NCBI RefSeq assembly: GCF_041146345.1
Contig: NW_027191402.1
Span: 62,001 to 126,000 of the forward strand
Reading direction: 5' to 3'
DNA from: Neodothiora populina
Lineage: Eukaryota
Length of the DNA stretch: 64,000 nucleotides
Made by a program: the position numbers and the translations under genes. The notes below the pieces were generated by a model. That model made no database searches and was not told the origin of the DNA. It saw only the letters and a program-made list of their open reading frames with translations. Of this stretch, positions 1-10,790 are shown piece after piece (position 1 is the first letter of the stretch; each line of letters begins with the position of its first letter).

Positions 1-595
1 GTCGGCGGGTTTGGTCATGTAGGCTTCTATGTCGTTGAATTTCGTGAATTCCTGTATATTTGTTTCCATTTCAGTTCCTCATCCTCACCATCTCTCGTAC
101 TTGTCCTACCCGTGCAGAATGGGTTGAAGAGGATCCACATGATCATCTACTACTCCATCAATAGCGGGAAGAGAAGAGATCAATACTGACCCCGGTAGGT
201 GTTTGTCCAAGAGCTACAAGACAAAAGAAATCAGACCAGTTCTCTCAACGTCATGTCGTGTCGCAGTAAAGCAGAGTAATGCAAGCTAGGGTAGGCAGTC
301 TGTTACATACGAGTGGGTCTATCCGATACACAATGCGCCTAGAATCATCACCGTCAGTCAATATATATTGCATTTCAAAATACCAGAACAAACAAGACAC
401 CTGATACAGAAACCAAGAAGCGACAAGGAAACAGACGAGAAAAGGGAAAATGAAACTCACCCCCATGCTCGCAGCGCCCTGGTCAACCACGCTATCGCCA
501 GGAACAAGACTCTGCTCGACAGCTTCTGCCGGCGCGATACTCTCCTCGACCATGTCGCTCTCGGGCGCCTTCGTCGCTACTTCCGCGTCGCTCAT
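1..595 (-). CDS. Dienelactone hydrolase family protein, 5' part (runs off the window edge)
   Basis: Spliced model: exons 595-461, 338-311, 213-191 and 51-<1, all with GT..AG boundaries. They join in frame to MSDAEVATKAPE...SMGAHCVSDRPTPLGQTPTGEFTKFNDIEAYMTKPAD, which resembles the N-terminus of fungal dienelactone hydrolase-like proteins. Confidence 0.75.
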
Positions 596-1044
596 GATCG
601 CGTTGTCTGTGCGGACTTTTGTCCTTGATATCTATACCGGGATTCGGGATCTCGAAAGAAAAGGAGCAGTTATTGATTGTTGGGAGTGGGCTTGATTTCG
701 GACACAAAAGAGGAAAGAGAACGAGATATGGAAGGCACGTTATCCTCGCCTGCTTGTTTCATGTTTTGTTGCCAGAGGCAGGTGCACACTGGGTAAACCC
801 AACCCCACATTCACTTCCGTCCCCACCACATCCCCCACGATGACGTCGCTTGGGCAAACACTCCGTTGCTTGACTACCTTAGGTAAAGAAAACACCCGAT
901 GAGCAGCAGATCAATCAATTACTTATAGATACTGTATGTCCTGCATTCCAGACAAACAGTGATGAAACACCACCGAGAGAGCAAAACGTTCATCAATGCA
1001 ACTGAGAACAAAACCCTCGACCGAAATGACACTTCTTCTATCTT

Positions 1045-2763
1045 TCACATCACAAGCCAACTCATCCCAAGCCACCCAGCCATGCTAGTCAGACCCAATA
1101 ACAAAACCCCAATCCCAACGCCCACTCCTGCCCCGACTCTGTCTCCTGCATCTCTGAATCCCGTCTCTTGACCGTGCGACTTGCCCCCAAGCAAAATCCA
1201 TAGTAAAGTTGCTGCTATGCTCAACAGCATGATGGTCGTCAACGCCGTCAGTATTCTCCACGCCGACCAGGACATGACAAACTCTAGTCCTTCGTGTTGC
1301 TCTGATCTCCTGATCATGCTATTACGGAACCCCGATCCATGCGTGCTCGGTGGTAACCCTGAAGTGAGCAGTGCCGTTGGTGGTGGAGGCGATAAAGGTG
1401 ATAGTGACAAAGAAGGCGCCGCTGCCAGCCTGTGAGCCCAACTCACCCATGCGTACCGTGCCTTGCCCAACTTCGGCTCTCGAAAGTGTCGGAGCAGCTT
1501 CTCCTCACTAAACGTATCGCTAAGTCCTCGACTGGCGACGTACCGTGGTGATCGTTGTCCTGCTAGCCAACCATAACCGGCGTCGGCTGCTCTGCTTGCA
1601 CTGCCACTCACAACGATCTGACCGAGACTCCTCGCCGAGAACCAGCGATACGGTCCCACCAGAACCCGGTATTGCTTGTTGAGCTGTCGGAAAAGCTCCA
1701 TGTCGTCAAAGTCGAGCCCTGCAAAGTGTTTCTCTTTAATTCTTGGACTCCCGCTTTTGACCGTGTTGCCGAATTCACTATTCGCAGGGATGAGCAATGT
1801 GGTGATGCGAATCTTGCTATTGACGTAACTCCGTCTGATGCATAATGTCAGCAGACTGTCGTTGACCACCGAGCTGATGGGTGTTGCAGCATCCGTGCCT
1901 GGACTGCGTCCAAAGTGTTTGCGATGGAATTGTTGAACAGGATATGGCGTGCGCACGATTTGATCCGGCAGCAAGTGACGAGTCGACGATGTGTCAATCG
2001 GTGGTGGCAGCATTGACACTTTCTTGGCTGGTGCAGAAGCAGATCTGCGACGCGCAGCTTGAATATCAGCTGCTACATATCGAGAGATCCGGTCCATCGA
2101 ACGACGCGATGGCTGCTTTCCTTCCTCTTCCAGTCTCTGGAGTGCCTTCAGGGTCAAAGCATGCACACCCATGATTTTGTCCGCTTGTGTCGATTGCTTG
2201 CCAATAATGGGACTTTTTATTTCCTCTTGCGTCATGGGCGAGGAAGCTCGTCGATGACTTTGTAGATAACCTCTGCTTAGCAAGTGACCATGACGCGAGT
2301 GCATTGGCACAAGTTCTTCGACCGAACCTCTCAGAGAAATATGCGCACTCGGAGGATACCCCTCTGGCTGTGCACCGAATGCTTCAGGGGGATTGGCACG
2401 AATGTAATCGTCCAATGCAGTAGGGGAAGACACGCGTCTCGCGTTACAGTGAGAGTTGAACTGCTCAGTCGTACCCCCTAAATAGTGACCAGAACGTCGT
2501 GGCTTGCGACCATTGTGACGTGGTCCATCGGATGCGAGTGCCACGCCGGCTCTGTCGTCGCCCTCGTGTCTTCCGGCATCATCCACCGATTCGTCTTCCG
2601 TGGTATCATCGAAGAAGTCCGCAGTCCGGTGACCAAAGTCCATCTGGCTGGCGAGCGATTCTAAGTCAAGCTCTGGATGAATACTCCGTACAGGACTACT
2701 GTGCGAATGTGTGACGAGTGGCGACCGTCCAGGTGAGTCGTGTAGAGACTCTCTTTCCATCAC
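1045..2763 (-). CDS. Hypothetical protein, 572 aa, with a disordered N-terminus and two C-terminal transmembrane helices
   Basis: Long single-exon ORF. The C-terminus has two hydrophobic segments (WRILTALTTIMLLSIAATLLWILLGG and VGAGVGVGIGVLLLGLTSMAGWLGMSWLVM). No family recognised. Confidence 0.8.
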   Translation of the reverse strand: MMERESLHDSPGRSPLVTHSHSSPVRSIHPELDLESLASQMDFGHRTADFFDDTTEDESVDDAGRHEGDDRAGVALASDGPRHNGRKPRRSGHYLGGTTEQFNSHCNARRVSSPTALDDYIRANPPEAFGAQPEGYPPSAHISLRGSVEELVPMHSRHGHLLSRGYLQSHRRASSPMTQEEIKSPIIGKQSTQADKIMGVHALTLKALQRLEEEGKQPSRRSMDRISRYVAADIQAARRRSASAPAKKVSMLPPPIDTSSTRHLLPDQIVRTPYPVQQFHRKHFGRSPGTDAATPISSVVNDSLLTLCIRRSYVNSKIRITTLLIPANSEFGNTVKSGSPRIKEKHFAGLDFDDMELFRQLNKQYRVLVGPYRWFSARSLGQIVVSGSASRAADAGYGWLAGQRSPRYVASRGLSDTFSEEKLLRHFREPKLGKARYAWVSWAHRLAAAPSLSLSPLSPPPPTALLTSGLPPSTHGSGFRNSMIRRSEQHEGLEFVMSWSAWRILTALTTIMLLSIAATLLWILLGGKSHGQETGFRDAGDRVGAGVGVGIGVLLLGLTSMAGWLGMSWLVM

Positions 2764-3093
2764 CGCAGATCCTTTCTATCAGTTATTTGTCTTCAGTAGG
2801 AATTTCACTTCACCTTTGACCAGACGTGACGAAGGAGATCCTACTGGTAGGAGTGATCAGAGGCTATGTCCACTCCACAACTTTGTCGAAAGTAAAAGTT
2901 GTCGCTAAGCAGGAACACAGGTTGAAAGTTCGTGTTGATTCCTGCCCGCATGCGGGAGTCTAATTACAAACAAATCCCGAGGAATGTGAATGTTGGAATT
3001 GCAAAGTCCGCTCGTGATCTTGTGTACCACCGACGAACCACATTTCATGGTCAGAAAGTCCAAATGCGGAAAGAGTCCAGCAATACCACAAAC

Positions 3094-5676
3094 TCATCCA
3101 ACAAACTTGCCACCGCATCGGACGCATCGGTCAACGGCTGTGAACAGTATACGCGCAAGCGATGTCAATGGTTCCATGGCAGCCGGCTCCTTTTGCTTTT
3201 GTGCCATGACCTGATCATCGTCACCATCGTGATTCGGCAGTGGCTCGCGTACAATGGCTTCAGGTACGGGAGTAGTCGGAGGCAGGAAATTAGGTATAAG
3301 ATACTCATTGAGGTACTGAGCATTGCAGATGCCACAGAACTTCGCAGTACCCGGGGTTTGAATGGACAGAAAAGACAACGCGCAGCGAGCTTGGATTGGG
3401 AAGTCAGTAATCTTGACTCCTAGCATCAAATCCAAAGGATAAACTTACTGAATTGGTGACCATTTGGGCATCTGGCCCAATGAAGACTCTCAAAGGCAAT
3501 ACCTTTGCCGCATATCTCGCATGTCTCAACGTCCTGGTCATGGATGGCACTCGGATCGGATCTTTGCTCGTCTCTCGCATCTAGTTTTGTGAGGACGAGC
3601 TCGCTGATATGTGTGATAGTTTGACTCAAGTCACTAGCTTCACTAATGAAATGCGGCATCCGAACTATTTCCGTCATGATCCGCCGTACCATGGTGGAAT
3701 CTGTCGTTGGCTTCTTTGAGGTAATAACTCCATCCTTGAAACTCGCAAGTTTTCGATTGCGACTTGCAATTGAGTCGGGATGATACAGAATGTTTTCTCT
3801 CATCTGCTGCATGACAATCCGGATTGGCGTATCTTCAGTGATCGGTGTCGAAGACTGAAGCTGAGAAGTTACCAAATCCAATGTCTGTAAGAGAGCTTGT
3901 GGTATCATATCCTCGTCTATAGTGGCGTCGGACGCGCGCCCAGACAAGCATTGGAGACTGAACAAGACTGATTCGGCGCTGACTTCTGTTCGATATGTCA
4001 GCTACATTCACAGGATACATGAGATAGCAGCGCCTACTAGATGGGTGGGAAGGTCCACCGCATTTCGGAAGCAGATCATTGCGAAGGTCAACGTTTAGCA
4101 TGACACGAAGAGACGACACCTGATCGGAAGCAATAACGTATTCCACTCCATCAGTGGGATGATTGCTGCTGTTGATTGCAGTCAAATCACCCAGAGGAGA
4201 CACGGCGATCCCGTAGGTACGAGTCATGACATGGTCTTGGAGCTCGTTCTCCTGGCCGAATAGAGCTTCTGCGTCACGCAGACTCTGCTGCCACGGTGGG
4301 AGCGCTAGAGGCTCCACATCGGTGAGCGGTAGTGGCCAACCCAGCACTTTGGCGTTGACAGAGTTCTGGTTGTAGGTTAGATGTACCACGGGATTGTTGT
4401 TACTGTCTTTGGTGACTGCCATTCCTGTGTCACGAGAGTCAGCACATTGCCGATAAATATGATGATCGTAGGAGTGCGAGTATACCGGAGACTTCATCCC
4501 AAACATTGTCCAGCGGAGCCTTCGTTACACGTATACTTGTGGCTTTCTGCGGCTGGAAAACCAAGCAATAGAGCGTTCTACGACACGGATACAGCAGAAA
4601 AATCTCATCATCCGCGCCAATCTTGCCTGTCCATTGCATAGCACCCGCAGGATAAGCCTTGGTTTCGGCGACGACATAGGGCAGAAGTGGCCCGAGCTGT
4701 ATAGAATCGTCCTGACCCACGCGTACTACCCTCGCATGGAGTGATGATTCGATGGTCGCAGCTAAGATCGAGTAGAGAACGCCAGAGGTATCTCTTAACC
4801 ACGGACTCCACGCCAATTGGTCCACGAAAGTCCTTTGCCTATGAATTCTGCCGGGCATACATGAGGCAAGAGGCGAACTTTCGGCAGGCAAGGGCGAGAT
4901 AGTGAAGGAGTGTGCGACAGTTACATTCCACATTGTTTGCTCAGGGGCAAGAAGATCGTGCGGCGAGCCCACGTTGAATATGAAAACCTCACCAGTGGCG
5001 TTGGACACGGCGAGGTACGGTTGGCTGAGCGCGGTCGCAGTGCCAGATCTTCCAGGTGCAGGAGTAGACAAGGGTGATGGGCTCCAAGAAAAGGAGCGGA
5101 TACGTTGCCTGATGATGCGCCGTTCCATTACTTCACGCTCAGGTCCGTCAGAATCATGCTGTTGGATAAAGTCCTGTAGAGCATGGTTGATGATGCACAC
5201 TCTGTTCCAATCCGAAGGGATCTCAGGCTTCCCGGTGCACTCCCAAAGGGCCAAGACGTGATTTGCAGTCAGCACCGCAAGGACACAGCGCCGGTGCTTG
5301 CCCAGACCAGGAGGAGACCATGCGAGAGCAGAACAGAATGCTTCTGATTGTTCTTCGCCGATAGACGTGGATTTCCAGCTCAAAGGCAACATGAGCGGGA
5401 CCTCCGCATCGGTGAAGATATTGACCCGGACCTCGACGCTGTCCCAGGCTTTGTCGCTGCCGTCCGTCGAGTCGAAGCGGGGGACCTACGAGGATTGATC
5501 AATATGATGAAGTGATGGAAGGAAGGAAGGAAGCCTCGACGTACAAGCAGAGCGACTGAATCGCCTCCCGCAACGGCGATAATGCCATCTTTCGACCAGG
5601 CGACATTGTTGAGGGTTGGTGACCAGAAATTCACAGGGACTCCAGGTGGTAATTTGGTCGCTCGTTCTCCCCACAT
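3094..5676 (-). CDS. Transcription factor IIIC subunit (delta / tau60-type; WD-like N-terminus, C-terminal zinc finger)
   Basis: Five exons join in frame at GT..AG junctions. Motifs: NVAWSKDGIIAV, LAWSPPGLGKHRRCVLAVLT, and a C-terminal Cys cluster CEIC...ARCPNGHQF(T)RCALSF...KFCGIC...RCVRCGGKF. Confidence 0.85.
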
Positions 5677-6183
5677 TGTTTATAGCTGGAGAATTATCTT
5701 TGCTGGTCTGACTTTACGATTTCAAGGGACAACCCCAAAGACTATTCGAGACGCGCAGCCCAACGCCAATCTCAAGACTATGATATGTAATCGAGAATTG
5801 CTGATGACATGTTTGTTCTACAAGTAAAGATGTCCAGTCAGTCGTTGGGTTTGAGCTGAGATACCTAGTCAAGAACCCTCAGGGCATAAATGGGCATGAG
5901 ATAAGTAGGTAATCCGGGCCAGCTTGTCATCCATGAGCTGGCAAGACTATCAGATGCGCATGGTATTTTATGTTCATCGGTTTGCAATGCACAGTGTACA
6001 AGTAGAGATAAACAGAGCAGCGGAGGGACAAGAGTGATGGCGGCGGAGATTCCGCCCACGCCGCCGCCTCCATCTCCGCGTCTGCCAAGACAACAGCGGA
6101 ACACTGTATAATCATTGGACCCTCCGTCGTCCTCCCTATGAATACAATACATCAATGATTGTGATTGGAACATCTAGAACAGG

Positions 6184-6748
6184 ATGGTCCTCTCATTCGT
6201 CCTGATCCAGAATCGTCAAGGCAAGACCCGCCTGGCAAAATGGTACGATGACTTGCTCCTTTTCCCCATTAATCGCTCATTGACCCCTCCCCTCCCACTC
6301 CCCCAATACACCACACCATCAACCGGCCAGTAGTGGAAAGAGAGATGCCGAGCTGACCGACGAAACCAGGTACTCGCCCTACGACGATGAAGAAAAGGTC
6401 AAACTAAAGGGTGAAGTGCACCGCCTGGTAGCGCCGCGCGACCAGAAACACCAGTCCAACTTCGTCGAGTTCCGGGGCTCGTCCAAGATCGTTTACCGGC
6501 GGTACGCAGGCCTGTTCTTCTGCGCGGGCGTCGACGCAAACGACAACGAGCTGGCGTATCTCGAGGCCATCCATTTCTTCGTCGAGGTGCTGGATCAGTT
6601 TTTCGGCAATGTCTGCGAGTTGGATCTCGTGTTCAATTTCTACAAGGTTTATGCTATCCTCGACGAGGTGTTTCTGGCTGGGGAGATTGAGGAGACGAGT
6701 AAGCAGGTTGTTCTGACGCGGTTGGAGCATTTGGATAAGTTGGAGTAG
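6184..6748 (+). CDS. APS2: AP-2 adaptor complex sigma (small) subunit
   Basis: Exon 1 6184-6242 ([20 protein letters not shown]), intron 6243-6369, exon 2 reading [24 protein letters not shown]...[12 protein letters not shown]...[18 protein letters not shown]. Confidence 0.95.
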
Positions 6749-7160
6749 GAAGGATGGATGGATGGACAAGATGATGTGCATGGGTTCTGGCGTTTATGGG
6801 AGTTTCCAGGGCATGGATACCACTACACACACACATGTGCGCTTTTATTATAAAATCCGACAGATTCATATCGATAAGACTGGTGATGATTCCTGTTATT
6901 AATCGAGTCGCGGTTCAAACACTCTCTGGAGATATATTCGATTTCTATCTCTAGGTCTCGACCATTCAGAAAAGCAGGCTAGAAAGGACTATGTCTCAGT
7001 CGTTCAAGTCATCGTCTGATTTGCCCGAAGCATCATGGTCAACCCCAGTTCCTTCCGAGATGATACGCCACGCGCTGACCCAGCTGTTCCATCTCTGAGC
7101 GACGATGCCAAACCCCACGTCATGCCCGGGAACGATGTAACATTACCATCAGCAACAATC

Positions 7161-8063
7161 TCACTCATCCTCAATTCCATTCATCCCGTCCGTCTCAGCG
7201 GAGCCGCGAACAAGCAAAGCTCGAAAAACCACGAGTTTGTCGCTATAGAAGTCGAGCTCCTCCAGGATATCTTCAAACTTGAGCTTCTCGTCGTTGCTTG
7301 TCAACTGAAACTCATCCTCGGCAGTCGCTTTGTGGTAGGTATGCCAGATTGTCTCGACCGTGTTCATCTGTCGAGTAGTTAGTTCTGAACGAAGAAAGAC
7401 CAGGACTTCAAGAAGAGAAATTCATACTCTGTTCGCCTTGATCCACAGGAAATCCACGGCCTTCCTGGCTTCTTTTGGCTTGAGGTTGTGGCTCAAAACT
7501 GCGACCCAGTAACGCTCCGGACCCAGTTTCTGTGGCAGGAGAGATTTGGCTTTCATGTGCAGAGTCTTGTCTGCATTCTGCTTCTTCGCGATTTCGTCGA
7601 GAGGAATGTAGATTTGATGCTTCGGAGTGATTCTGGATGGAGTCTTGCCATTGACGGTTGGAAAAGTGGTGCCAAGATGGGTGCGAGGGTCGTCATCTTC
7701 GTTGATGGCGCTTTCGTCTTCGAGGCGAGCATTGTCCAGAGCTGTAGTTTCTTCGTCGGAAACACTGACATTGCTACTTTCGTCATCTGTAGCATAGCCG
7801 TTGACACCATCTTGACTACCAGTGCTTTCATCATCACTGTTGTCGCACTCACTGCTAGAAGCAGCAGAGTGTATGTTTGGATCGTCTTCGACGTCAGAAT
7901 CTGTAGGCGTCGATGGCCCAGGACTGCCACTACATCTGGGGTCACCACATCCGATCCCGCCTTCATAGTAGTGTTCATTGATGGCGGTCCAGGTTGGTGG
8001 TGGTGGACTGGCCAGATCATAGAATGGATTCCTGACCATGTCTGGCTCTTGAAAGTGTGCCAT
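7161..8063 (-). CDS. Hypothetical protein (~280 aa) with an acidic Ser/Asp-rich region
   Basis: ORF 8063-7428 joins ORF 7367-7161 in phase 0 through a 60-nt intron (GTATGA...CTAAC...CAG, 7427-7368). No family recognised. Confidence 0.6.
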
Positions 8064-8581
8064 GTTCGCGCAGGTCTGAGCCGTGCCGTATGAAAGTGTA
8101 TGCGGACAAGTTGCAGAAAAGGAGCGAGAGATGCTGAAAGCAGATCAAGGTTGGAGCAGGGGTCCGCCGAGGAATGAAAGTCATTGCGGTACAAAGGTCG
8201 ATGAAGCAGCCAAAAGTGAGCCATAATGTGCGCGACTGAAGCTTGTCCGAGAAGATCGAGGTTAAGGACGTCGAACTGAGGAAAACGCTTCGGAAAGAGA
8301 GCGTCCAATGAAGTGATAATGGAACGAGGGCTCATCCATTTACCGCGACCAAGCATTGCAGAGCAGGAGTGTTGTCGCATCTCGCTGTATGATGATGGAT
8401 CTCGTGGTTATAATCATCACTGACTCCATGGCAGACACCCCTGTTTCTGTGAGAACGCCTCCTGGTCGCCTCACTTCTGCCGTCTAGCATCAGTACAAAC
8501 CGAACAATCGTGATTTCGAATCACTTCTACTCATACATGACACCGACCCCTCATCGTTCTTCCGATCATATCACTCAATCA

Positions 8582-9313
8582 TCACGACCGCCCTTTTCTG
8601 GCCGATCTACGTTTCACGACCTTTGGAAAACCGACCAGTGGTGATCTCCTTGGTTCCTTCGCAGCTATCCTGCGGCCTGTTCGACCCACGTGCAGGTTCC
8701 CCTCACGCATATCGACTTCCCGGTCTTGACGTTGTCCGGTCACTGGGGCTGTCGATGATGTAGGCCTGGATGTCGACTGAGCCTGGTTCTTTGACACTGC
8801 GTCTGGACACTGAGAGTCCATCCCGGGTGGCTGAACACCTTGCGCAGTGAGCAGGATGGTGATGCGCCCATCTGGCTGTGTGATTGCCACCATGTGCGAT
8901 GTGCGGTCGTGCCTGATTGCTTCCTGGACTATTGCGGCAATCCTAGAGTGGTCGGTGATTATGGTTCCTTCCTCTTCTGGAGCCAAAGAAGCAAGTCTGG
9001 ATTCAGCATCGTGGTCATTGTCGCTGCTGGACCTATCACTGCTACTGTTATCGCTACTGTCACTGCCATCCTCACTCAGATCCTCATCGCCATCATAAGC
9101 CTCGTCGTCAAATTCCTCGTCTTGTGCGTGGTAATGACAGCGGTGGCGCTCCCTGTGATGTTCTGCTGCTTCTGCTCTGGCCATGTCTTGCTCCTGGTCG
9201 ACAGAGCTGTAATGTCTCAGGGGTCTTGCCCAGTGCACTGATTTGCGTGCTGTAGGCTGTTGCGGGAGAAGTGAACGTTTGAGGATGGAACGGATCGGGG
9301 CTGAGGAAGACAT
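8582..9313 (-). CDS. Hypothetical protein (243 aa), candidate PP1-interacting protein
   Basis: Single ATG-initiated ORF. N-terminal RSILK and RKSVHW motifs, an acidic tract and a basic C-terminus. Confidence 0.6.
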   Translation of the reverse strand: MSSSAPIRSILKRSLLPQQPTARKSVHWARPLRHYSSVDQEQDMARAEAAEHHRERHRCHYHAQDEEFDDEAYDGDEDLSEDGSDSSDNSSSDRSSSDNDHDAESRLASLAPEEEGTIITDHSRIAAIVQEAIRHDRTSHMVAITQPDGRITILLTAQGVQPPGMDSQCPDAVSKNQAQSTSRPTSSTAPVTGQRQDREVDMREGNLHVGRTGRRIAAKEPRRSPLVGFPKVVKRRSARKGRS

Positions 9314-9911
9314 GTTCGACGTGTGTGATGGCTGTAGTTCCGACGTGAAGGGGCAGTTCTCAATGTATCATGAGTGCTGTAAGGTAACTTTACGGGGGTG
9401 ATGGGGGGACGTGGAGATGAAGAGTAACAATACGGGGACGACAGCAGCACGCCGAGCAGGCATAGACCGGCTCGACGGACGACATAGTATAGTCAAATGA
9501 CCAGGAGAAGCAGATGATGATAGCAAAAGTGTACAGACTCAATCAGGCTTGGTTACCAGAATGGAGACAAGTAGGAAACGGTGGTGAAGGGCATCAAGGA
9601 ATTAAAAGCATCTTCTATTGTTTGCAAACAATAGTTTAAGACCTATTTTGCGGCGTACTGTCGCGCAGATCTGATCTACTGCCTCACTGCCAATCCCCCT
9701 CTGGTAATGCCAATTGACATGCCCGCAGTGGGCAGCGCAGTATTGTGTTCGTCAATCATGCAGAGGTCCTGCGCGGGTTATTTTATGGCCATTCTGATCG
9801 TGCCAATGGCGCGGTGTTGAGGCACCTGCCTATGCTATGTGTCGTGGCGTGTGGGAGTCAGGATTCCGGTGAAACGGGGGCGGGTTGAAAAGTGGTCGCT
9901 GTCAAATCTGT

Positions 9912-10471
9912 TCAGGCAGGCGCGGCCTTCTTTCCCTTCTTCGCCTTCTTGCGCTTGCTTCTGTCGCGCTTCTTCAGACTTTGCATGCCCGCCTTACACA
10001 CATCGGCATATCTTGTGTAGAATGCGTCCAGGTCGTCGGGCTGAACGATGGTGCTGAGCTTGATCTTTTGGGACTTCTTTCGATCTGCAGATTGCGTATT
10101 TCCATCCGTGGCGCGAACGATTAGAGGCAGTGGGTTCGGGGGATGTGTGTCCCAAAGAGGATCGTCTGCCACCTTCATTGTCGTGTCTGATGAGCCATCG
10201 GAGACATCATGGGTTACTGTGTCCTATCAGCATACAAGTCCTCGGTCTTGTAGAGTTGACTCGATTGCAGATGACGTACACCGCTTCTGCGTCAAGAAGA
10301 CGCTACCGTGTCCTTTTTGTTGGCGCGAGTCGATGAGAGAGGTTAATCGGGTGAAGAACTAGATATATGTGTCAGTTCGAGGGTGATGGAGCTGGTGTAT
10401 GTGATGTGGACGAGAGAAGGTGTGTCAATGGAAAAACTCACCTCGTCGTTGCTCACGTGTCCTCCTGCCAT
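9912..10471 (-). CDS. SRP14: Signal recognition particle 14 kDa subunit
   Basis: Three exons: MAGGHVSNDE / FFTRLTSLIDSRQQKGHGSVFLTQKR / ...LIVRATDG...KIKLSTIVQPDDLDAFYTRYADVCKAGMQSLKKRDRSKRKK. Confidence 0.93.
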
Positions 10472-10790
10472 GTTTGCGACAGCGTTTTCCGGGTCAGTAG
10501 AGGACTTAGCAAAGGTTGTCAGATGTGACACTATATGGCTCTGTATAGCGCTATACAGTACATATGTATGTCCACACGACCGAATAATGTGTCGCTCTTG
10601 CTTGATGTGGGGGCGGAGGTGGTCCCAAAAAGGCAGTCGGCAATGCCAAGACCAGGCGGAGATGGCAGTCGCAAACCCCGAAAGGAAAGAAAGACCCTTG
10701 GACTTTTTCCATCATCTCGTCTCGTCGCTTTCCATGCGTTGCATTTCTTGCATCTCGCATCTCACATCTCACATTTCACCACATGCCAAC

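Noticed and set aside
9513..9675. Possible box C/D snoRNA (ATGATGA...CTGA); similar C boxes near 6883 and 22854
   Set aside because: Weak or absent terminal stems and no rRNA guide I can recognise. A snoscan or Infernal run would be needed.
10383..10790. N-terminal extension of the 1053-aa ORF
   Set aside because: It overlaps SRP14 exon 1 and the shared promoter. The recognisable Sgd1 sequence starts at the ATG at 10791.
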